From positions 1,260,001 to 1,292,000 of the forward strand of contig NZ_CP088239.1 of the NCBI RefSeq assembly GCF_021054785.1: a stretch of DNA of 32,000 nt. The letters run 5' to 3'. This document shows positions 25,777-32,000 of this stretch, piece by piece. A model generated the notes under the pieces. That model was not told where the DNA came from and did not search any database. It worked only from the letters and a program-made list of their open reading frames with translations. This DNA comes from Tannockella kyphosi (GTDB lineage Bacteria; Bacillota_I; Bacilli_A; Erysipelotrichales; Coprobacillaceae). The translations under genes were made by a program, and so were the position numbers. The first letter of the stretch is position 1. The number at the start of each line of letters is the position of its first letter.

Positions 25777-26870
25777 AAGCTTCCCATAACTTTTGTTATA
25801 GCCTCTACTAATTTTTGATTTTCTTGTTTTGTTCCAATACTAATACGAATATGCTTATTATATCCCCATCCTGCACATGGACGTACAATAACACCTAAAG
25901 ACAATAACTTTTCACTAAAATCTAATCCTTCAATAGGAGTTTCTACAAATAAGAAATTAGTATGTGTTTCAATAGTAGGTAATCCTAATTTGTTAAATTC
26001 TTCTAATAAATATTGCCTATCTTCCACCATATAATAAGAATACTTTTTAGCTTCCTTTCCAGCATTACTAATTACTTCTACAGCACCAGCTAATCCTACT
26101 CGATTCGCATTAAATGGCTCACTTACTGTATTATAATATTCAATCACCTCAGGACTAGCTACTACATAACCTATTCTTTGTCCAGCTAAACCATAATACT
26201 TAGAAAAAGTACGAACACATAATAATTGGCATCCTTCTTTTACTAATTGAATAGTATTAGGTCTATATTCTTCCTTACAAAACTCTATATATGCTTCATC
26301 TAAAATAACATAAACATGTTCAGGTATATTTCTAATAAATGATTCTAATTCATGTTTATTAATAATAGTACTTGTAGGATTATTAGGATTACAAATCCAT
26401 ATTAACTTTGTCTTTTCCGTTATCAAAGATTGAATAACATTTAAATCAATAGAATAATCTTCCCCTAAATCACACTCTACAACATCAGCCCCCATTAATA
26501 AACATATCTCCTTATATAAACCATAAGTCTGTCTAGGAATAATAACTTCATCTCCATAATCTAAAAACATTTTAGAAATAGTATCTAAAACATTTCCAGC
26601 CCCATGACCTAAAGCAACCCAATCACTAGTAAGTCCATACATTGATCCTAATTCTTTTCTAAGTCTTTCATAATTTTTTTCAGGATATACATTCCCTCTT
26701 TTTATTTCTTTTTCCATCACACTTAATACTGATGGAAAAGGAGCATAATTATTCTCATTAGATCCTAACTTTACAACACTAGTTAATCCATATTTCTTCA
26801 TTACTGCATCTGTTGTAAGTCCCCCTACATATTTAGTAGCACTATATACTGATTTCCTTAATTTTAACAT
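25773..26870 (-). CDS. HisC-like class-II pyridoxal-phosphate aminotransferase
   Basis: 365 aa with KLGSNENNYAPFP (HisC-type N-terminal motif), NPNNPTS, and FSKYYGLAGQRIGY carrying the PLP lysine context. Confidence 0.85.
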   Translation of the reverse strand: MLKLRKSVYSATKYVGGLTTDAVMKKYGLTSVVKLGSNENNYAPFPSVLSVMEKEIKRGNVYPEKNYERLRKELGSMYGLTSDWVALGHGAGNVLDTISKMFLDYGDEVIIPRQTYGLYKEICLLMGADVVECDLGEDYSIDLNVIQSLITEKTKLIWICNPNNPTSTIINKHELESFIRNIPEHVYVILDEAYIEFCKEEYRPNTIQLVKEGCQLLCVRTFSKYYGLAGQRIGYVVASPEVIEYYNTVSEPFNANRVGLAGAVEVISNAGKEAKKYSYYMVEDRQYLLEEFNKLGLPTIETHTNFLFVETPIEGLDFSEKLLSLGVIVRPCAGWGYNKHIRISIGTKQENQKLVEAITKVMGSL

Positions 26871-26933
26871 TCCCTTTTTCCTCCCATTAAAATAATACTA
26901 CTCCTCTATAATCAATAAATCAACAAGTATATA

Positions 26934-26965
26934 AAAACAGCTTTAGGATCACCTAAAACTGTTTT
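26934..26965 (-). terminator. intrinsic terminator after surface-protein paralog 2
   Basis: AAAACAG-C-TTTAGG ATCA CCTAAA-A-CTGTTTT; the minus strand follows it with TTATAT. Confidence 0.7.
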
Positions 26966-27000
26966 CTTTATTGAATAGAACTTATTACTTCTTTATTCTA

Positions 27001-28956
27001 TTAAACTCTATTTCTTTTTTTCATATCTATTAAAACCAATGCCATTGCACTAATACTTAATGTTGTGAATAGTAATACATTATTAGTATCTCCAGTATCT
27101 ACTACATCATCTACTTCTGTATTAGTATCTAAGTCTGCATCAGCATCTAAGTCTGCATCAACATCTAAGTCTGCATCAACATCTAAGTCTGCATCAGCAT
27201 CTAAGTCTGCATCAGCATCCGCATTCGTATCTCCGTCAACATCAGTGCTATCTACTGCATCCTTAATCCATGTAGAAGAAAGAGACAAATCAGAAGTTAC
27301 TGTTATTTCATTTGTGTATTCTTCACCATCTTGATCTACCCAACCATCAAATGTGTAACCTTCTTTAGTTGGTATCTCTAGTGTAATTACAATTCCATAT
27401 AATACTTGAGCTTCTACATCATCAATTGTAACGGTGCAATATTTTGTAATAATTTCAAATTCTTCAACAGCATATGTACCAATTGTTACATAGTTATTAT
27501 CATCAACAGTAGTAGTAGCAATAGCTGCTTTTACATAGTATGTACCTGCAGCAGTAGGTATAGAAGATGAATATGTTCCATCTTCACTTGTACTATATGT
27601 ATATGTTATATCTCCATAAGTAACATCATCACTAGTAATCACAGTAGATTCATCATCTACTAATGATACTTCGATATTATGAACAATATCATCACCCACA
27701 TAAATATCAGCTACTGTAAAAGAATCAATTACTGCATAATATACTATTTCAACATGAGAACCATATTCAATTGTTGCATCTTGTTCTAAGATGATATTAA
27801 CATTAGTAAAATCAACTGAATTATATCCTGATATATCTGCATCAACATCACTTGCTATTGTAAGTGATGATTCTTTAGCGAATGAAAGTTTATCAACATC
27901 TGACTTAAAATATGAGTTATCTGTAAATATAAAATCCCCATATACTGTATCTTTGTTAGAATCTCCGTCATTTTGAGAAACCAATGAATTTACTGTTAAC
28001 TCTTCATCAATAGATACTGTACCATTTGCTAAGATATATCCATCTGTAGTAAGTGTGCCAGAACCAGATAATGAAATGTCACTCCCTGCATAAACAGCAT
28101 TACCACTAGTGTTTGTAAAAACAGCAGTCCCATCTAAATCTAAATTAATCTCTCCTTGTTGTGCATAAATACTATAGTTATTTGAAGTGATTGTTACATC
28201 TCCCGTAACATCCATTGCTATATCTCCATAATAAGAATAAATACCGTCTTTCCCAGCAGTAATATCCAAATCACCACCTACTTCTAAATCAACAGATCCA
28301 TCTGCATAAACACCTCTTCCATAAGTAGTATTTTCAGCAGTAAGTGATAGATCACCTGTTACTTTCACTGTAAAACTAGAAACAGTATACATACATAGAG
28401 ACTTCGCTTTTAAAGTAGCACTTCCTCCTACTTCTATTTTTATAGTACCATCATTCGCTCTAATAGCCGCACTTCCAAAAAGTGTTGTAGCTATATCTAA
28501 GTCACTACTTACATTTAATATAATACCTTTTCCTTCAATACCATCACCACCATCAGATGTAGCTGATAAATTATTACATGTTATACTAACAGATTCATCA
28601 CTGTGAATAGCATCACTCGAACTCGAGCAAACATCTAGATTACCAGTCCCTATAACTGTTAAACTACCTGATGAATAAATACCATAATCAGATGCAGTTA
28701 TGGTTAAATTATAACCCTGTAAATTAACAATTGCATTACAGCTAAAGTAAATTCCATTACCACTGCTACTAATTTCCAAATCTTCTGAAAGTGTTAGTGT
28801 TAAAGTATCCTTATCCCAACTCCATCCATCACCAGAAGTAGTTGCTGTTGAACCACTAAAACTTAGATCACTAGATGTTGCAGCAGACACATCAATAGTT
28901 GTAAACGAAAGTATCATTGCTAGTGTAACAATCATTTTTAACATTTTTCTCATCAT
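27001..28956 (-). CDS. secreted cell-surface protein, paralog 2 (beta-helix-like repeats, Listeria-Bacteroides-type repeat, poly-Asp linker, C-terminal sorting-signal-like anchor)
   Basis: 651 aa with a signal peptide. The central segment is homologous to paralog 1 (DISLSGSGTLTTDGYI...LTVNSLVS). EGYTFDGWVDQDGEEYTNEITVTSDLSLSSTW is a Flg_new-type repeat. It also has (DADADL/DVDADL)n and ends with VVDTGDTNNVLLFTTLSISAMALVLIDMKKRNRV. Confidence 0.8.
   Translation of the reverse strand: MMRKMLKMIVTLAMILSFTTIDVSAATSSDLSFSGSTATTSGDGWSWDKDTLTLTLSEDLEISSSGNGIYFSCNAIVNLQGYNLTITASDYGIYSSGSLTVIGTGNLDVCSSSSDAIHSDESVSITCNNLSATSDGGDGIEGKGIILNVSSDLDIATTLFGSAAIRANDGTIKIEVGGSATLKAKSLCMYTVSSFTVKVTGDLSLTAENTTYGRGVYADGSVDLEVGGDLDITAGKDGIYSYYGDIAMDVTGDVTITSNNYSIYAQQGEINLDLDGTAVFTNTSGNAVYAGSDISLSGSGTLTTDGYILANGTVSIDEELTVNSLVSQNDGDSNKDTVYGDFIFTDNSYFKSDVDKLSFAKESSLTIASDVDADISGYNSVDFTNVNIILEQDATIEYGSHVEIVYYAVIDSFTVADIYVGDDIVHNIEVSLVDDESTVITSDDVTYGDITYTYSTSEDGTYSSSIPTAAGTYYVKAAIATTTVDDNNYVTIGTYAVEEFEIITKYCTVTIDDVEAQVLYGIVITLEIPTKEGYTFDGWVDQDGEEYTNEITVTSDLSLSSTWIKDAVDSTDVDGDTNADADADLDADADLDVDADLDVDADLDADADLDTNTEVDDVVDTGDTNNVLLFTTLSISAMALVLIDMKKRNRV
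27127..27216 (-). repeat. 18-bp in-frame tandem repeat x5 (atctaagtctgcatcRRc) encoding D-A/V-D-A-D-L units
   Basis: Five contiguous copies are read directly, differing only at the two RR positions. Confidence 0.9.
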
Positions 28957-29019
28957 TCTTCTCCTTCGATTATCGTAAATTAATATTTTTAAGTAAAACT
29001 TAAAAATATGCCCTCTTTT

Positions 29020-29100
29020 ATTATAACAACTCTTGTTTAGACACGTAACTAGCCACTTGGCTAGTTCTTAGTAAAAAAGGATGTTAAAATCAATATTTTT
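29020..29100 (-). promoter_or_regulatory. conserved promoter module, copy 2: extended -10 (TGTTATAAT), perfect 9-2-9 palindrome AACTAGCCA-AG-TGGCTAGTT, and a conserved upstream block
   Basis: The palindrome lies at 29047..29066 and the -10 at 29020..29025 with 21 nt between them, so the predicted palindrome centre is near -43/-44. Confidence 0.6.
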
Positions 29101-29127
29101 TTAACATAACAAGCTATATTTCTATAG

Positions 29128-29155
29128 AAAAATAGAGAATCTCTAGATTCTCTAC
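29128..29155 (-). terminator. intrinsic terminator after the LuxR-family regulator gene
   Basis: The minus strand reads TAGAGAATC TAGA GATTCTCTA followed by TTTTTC. Confidence 0.7.
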
Positions 29156-29185
29156 TTTTCTTTTCATTCTAATATTAATATATAA

Positions 29186-31567
29186 TTAAATTAATTCATT
29201 CTCTTTAGCTACTTCCACTACTTCTGTTCTGTTTTTAGCGTTTAACTTCTTAATAATATTAGATACATGGAACTTAGTAGTTCCTAAACTAATATTTATT
29301 GTTTTAGATATTTGGGTATTGTTTTGTCCTTTGCTAAGTAGTCTTAATACTACTAATTCACGTTCTGTTAGATTACCAAAACTTTGAGGTACTTCTAAGT
29401 AATGGGGGTAATAGTTTGCCATTTTTTCTAAATTATTTGTTACTTCTTGAATATACTTTTTAGAAATAGATGGGTATTTAGACCAATCTATTCGTTTCCA
29501 TAATGGTAATAATGCTATTCCTTGGTCACTTACAACACGATTTAGTTTATATTTCTTTGTTTGTTCTATTGTTTTTATAAGTACTTCTTCGTATTCTTCT
29601 TTTCTTCGATATAAGATAATTGCTTTTAATATACCTAATTCAAAAGATAAATAGTTACGATAATACATAGAAGCATATCTTTCTAAGTATTCTATAATAT
29701 ATAATGCTTCTAAGTTTCTATTGCAAGATATATATACTTTTGCTTTTGTTAGTAAACGATATCTAGAAGTAATATAGAATGTATCATATTCATTAATAGC
29801 TTGTTCATATAACCATGTTTCTAATCCTTCTTGATTTCCTTCTAATAAATCACATTGAATAATACTACATCTAATATTAGCTAATAACTCATTATAATTC
29901 TTTTGTAAAGCTTTATCATAGATGTTTTCTAATATATCTCTAGAAGTACTTAATTGTCCTTCTGATTGTAATAATCTAGCCATAATCCCTGTAATAGCAT
30001 ATTGCATACGGATAGTACCTTTTAGATTTGCATCACTTAATGCATGGGTTAATTCTACCATTGCTTGACTACTTTTATTTTGTTCATAGAACAGTTCTCC
30101 TAGAACTGCTTCTGGTACTCCTATTGCTTCTTTGCCAATTGATTTTAATATAATTGGTTTAAAGACAGGAAATAGTGCTTTATAATATGGAATCCATGTT
30201 ACTAAGTCTATTCCTCCATTCATAATAGAAGCAAAATTACCGGTAGGCATGATGTTTTTTAATTCAAACCCAAATTTTTGAATATAACCATAACAATATG
30301 TTAAATTCTCTCTTAATTGTTTTGCTGATACACAAGGACTAGCCATTAATGTTCGTACATACACACTAATAATAGCTTCAAATCCTGTTGGAGTTGTTAT
30401 TTTAGTTGCTTGTTCTTTTAGTTTCTGTAAGTAATATTGACTTTGTTCTGGTTGCATACGATATGCATAAAACATTGCCTTTGCTCCTATAACACTAGGA
30501 TTTTCTTTTTCACGTTTTTCTGTTAGTAAATTTATATATTGATCACTAATTTGTGCAAAAGAACAACCATCCGCATTTTCTAATAAATAAATAACTATTT
30601 CTATTATCTTATCAATATTATTAGATTTCTTATAACAATATAATGCTTGTTCAAATAAACGTTCTTCTTCATAATGATTTGCTGCTATTTCATATACTCT
30701 TTGCTTACTTTTTTCTTCTAATAAATTTAATCGATGATGAAAATATTGAAATACTATAGGATCAAAACGAAATAAGTCTGGTACTTCAAATGATAAAAAA
30801 GACTCTCTTTCCATAACACTACTCAAAACTACTTCTACATCACTGCCTAGAATTAGTTTTGCTATATCGTAATGAAAATCAGAAAATATTCCTAATTTTG
30901 TTAATGATTCTTTTAATAAGAGTGGCCATTTATCAAATTCTATATCCATATGATAAAAGAAATCTTGTTTTGCTAATAGATGTACTCTTTGTAAGTCTTG
31001 GCTCTCACAAACATGAACTAAATAGATTTGAATAAATAAAGCACGTCCGTTTGTAAATTCAATACAGTCTTTTGCTATATCATTGATTTGTTTTTTCTTT
31101 AATCCTTGTAACTCTTCTTGCTTTTCTAACATATCTAGTACTTGATGATAACCAATTACTAAAGAATTACTATCCAATACTACTAATCTTTTAGCAATAC
31201 GCAAAGGAATTAAAAAATCAGGTAATGTTGCATTACTTAATAACATTACAAAAATATCTTGATGTTTTTGTAATATATTTATGATTTTATCTTGTTGTTG
31301 TAATGCTTGTAAATTATCAATGATTAGTAATGTATCTTTTGTTATATCTATTGTTTCTAATAACTGTGTAAAATCACTTTGATTAGTATCTAAATAAATC
31401 ATATTTTTAAAATATTCTCTTGCAAAATAAATAGCTTGTTCTGTTCTTCCAAACCCATAGCTACCACTTAAATAAACCATTTTATGTTCTTTTAAAAGAA
31501 GAAACCATTTTTCTTGTACTTTTTTATCTACACTAATAAAAGATGGTGAAATATCATATTGTCCCAT
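29186..31567 (-). CDS. large MalT/STAND-like LuxR-family transcriptional regulator
   Basis: The C-terminal LTERELVVLRLLSKGQNNTQISKTINISLGTTKFHVSNIIKKLNAKNRTE is a LuxR/GerE HTH. The N-terminus has a P-loop-like GSYGFGRT and a Walker-B-like LLIIDN. The long helical middle looks repeat/TPR-like by composition. The start is moved to MGQYD (31567), which follows the RBS GGAGGAGGTG; the longest ORF extends to 31588. Confidence 0.8.
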   Translation of the reverse strand: MGQYDISPSFISVDKKVQEKWFLLLKEHKMVYLSGSYGFGRTEQAIYFAREYFKNMIYLDTNQSDFTQLLETIDITKDTLLIIDNLQALQQQDKIINILQKHQDIFVMLLSNATLPDFLIPLRIAKRLVVLDSNSLVIGYHQVLDMLEKQEELQGLKKKQINDIAKDCIEFTNGRALFIQIYLVHVCESQDLQRVHLLAKQDFFYHMDIEFDKWPLLLKESLTKLGIFSDFHYDIAKLILGSDVEVVLSSVMERESFLSFEVPDLFRFDPIVFQYFHHRLNLLEEKSKQRVYEIAANHYEEERLFEQALYCYKKSNNIDKIIEIVIYLLENADGCSFAQISDQYINLLTEKREKENPSVIGAKAMFYAYRMQPEQSQYYLQKLKEQATKITTPTGFEAIISVYVRTLMASPCVSAKQLRENLTYCYGYIQKFGFELKNIMPTGNFASIMNGGIDLVTWIPYYKALFPVFKPIILKSIGKEAIGVPEAVLGELFYEQNKSSQAMVELTHALSDANLKGTIRMQYAITGIMARLLQSEGQLSTSRDILENIYDKALQKNYNELLANIRCSIIQCDLLEGNQEGLETWLYEQAINEYDTFYITSRYRLLTKAKVYISCNRNLEALYIIEYLERYASMYYRNYLSFELGILKAIILYRRKEEYEEVLIKTIEQTKKYKLNRVVSDQGIALLPLWKRIDWSKYPSISKKYIQEVTNNLEKMANYYPHYLEVPQSFGNLTERELVVLRLLSKGQNNTQISKTINISLGTTKFHVSNIIKKLNAKNRTEVVEVAKENELI

Positions 31568-31639
31568 ACAAACACCTCCTCCAATCATTTTATCATATAT
31601 TTACATACTTGTAACTTATTAAAAAAGCTTTATCTATAC

Positions 31640-31671
31640 AAAACCACTCCAAGTTTACTTAGAGTGGTTTT
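31640..31671 (-). terminator. intrinsic terminator after surface-protein paralog 3
   Basis: AAAACCACTC...GAGTGGTTTT is followed by GT on the minus strand and lies 7 nt after the stop codon at 31678..31680. Confidence 0.65.
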
Positions 31672-31677
31672 TATATA

Positions 31678-32000
31678 TTATTTTGCTTTTCTTCTTTTCC
31701 TATGCATTAAGATAGATAGAGCCCCAATAATAGCTAAAGCTGTAAATAACGATATATTATTTATATCTCCAGTAAGCACGTTATCATCCAATGACTCATT
31801 ATCAAAATCATCATTTAAATCTTCCTCTGTTGATGGTTTATCTTCTGTAAAATCATCATTTAAATCTTCTTGTACTTTAGTAAAGATAACTTCTAATGTA
31901 TGCGTTGCATATACTTCTTCAAATGTATAACTAGTAATAGCCCCTAGACTATTTCCATCTACTAGGACATCACTTATTTCATAACCTGTTGCAGGAGTGA
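31678..32000 (-). CDS. secreted cell-surface protein, paralog 3 (C-terminal part only; continues beyond the window)
   Basis: Manual minus-strand translation gives ...TPATGYEISDVLVDGNSLGAITSYTFEEVYATHTLEVIFTKVQEDLNDDFTEDKPSTEEDLNDDFDNESLDDNVLTGDINNISLFTALAIIGALSILMHRKRRKAK*. This is the same domain plus anchor architecture as paralog 1. It is absent from the ORF track because it is truncated by the window edge. Confidence 0.75.
   Translation of the reverse strand, partial: TPATGYEISDVLVDGNSLGAITSYTFEEVYATHTLEVIFTKVQEDLNDDFTEDKPSTEEDLNDDFDNESLDDNVLTGDINNISLFTALAIIGALSILMHRKRRKAK

Noticed and set aside
27065-27334. 89-aa plus-strand ORF rich in S/A/K/T repeats.
   Set aside because: It is the antisense reading of the 18-bp Asp-repeat region inside the paralog 2 gene. 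It is a low-complexity artefact with no RBS.
31559-31930. 123-aa plus-strand ORF.
   Set aside because: It is antisense to the 5' end of the regulator gene and the 3' end of the paralog 3 gene, and it spans the intergenic terminator. The minus-strand frame from 31678 gives the clear paralog C-terminus instead.

Overview
This is an AT-rich, low-GC Bacillota-like (Clostridia/Erysipelotrichia-type) chromosomal window with almost every gene on the minus strand. All calls come from reading the sequence and the ORF translations; no database or HMM search was run. Housekeeping and ordinary content: a purA-guaA operon with a divergent LysR regulator; a PadR-controlled four-gene operon (flavodoxin-like oxidoreductase, small membrane protein, alpha/beta hydrolase); a CinA-like gene; and an amino-acid ABC importer preceded by what reads as a lysine riboswitch (L-box). 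Accessory content: (1) At 871..1540 there is a ToxN/AbiQ-type (type III toxin-antitoxin / abortive infection) toxin homolog. It has no ATG at the expected start, and it sits behind a strong promoter, a structured non-repetitive leader of about 90 nt and a terminator-like hairpin, instead of the canonical tandem-repeat RNA antitoxin. (2) An ArsR / COG0701-type permease / ACR3 metalloid-resistance cluster has an IS110-family element inserted between an ArsR-type operator and the permease gene, and a 33-bp tandem repeat lies in front of acr3. (3) A stand-alone HipA-like kinase gene is bracketed by near-identical 145-bp direct repeats that duplicate the 3' end and terminator of the neighbouring ABC ATPase gene. 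(4) From 19.7 to 32 kb there are three paralogous secreted beta-helix-like surface proteins with a proline-less V-x-T-G-D C-terminal sorting signal. A large MalT/STAND-like LuxR-family regulator lies among them. Two copies of a conserved 60-bp promoter module carry a 20-bp palindrome centred near -43, like a lux box. An aminotransferase / 2-hydroxyacid dehydrogenase / MFS / M20 peptidase operon is embedded between the paralogs. The best candidates for something undescribed are the atypical ToxN locus and the regulator/palindrome/surface-protein island. Both remain hypotheses.
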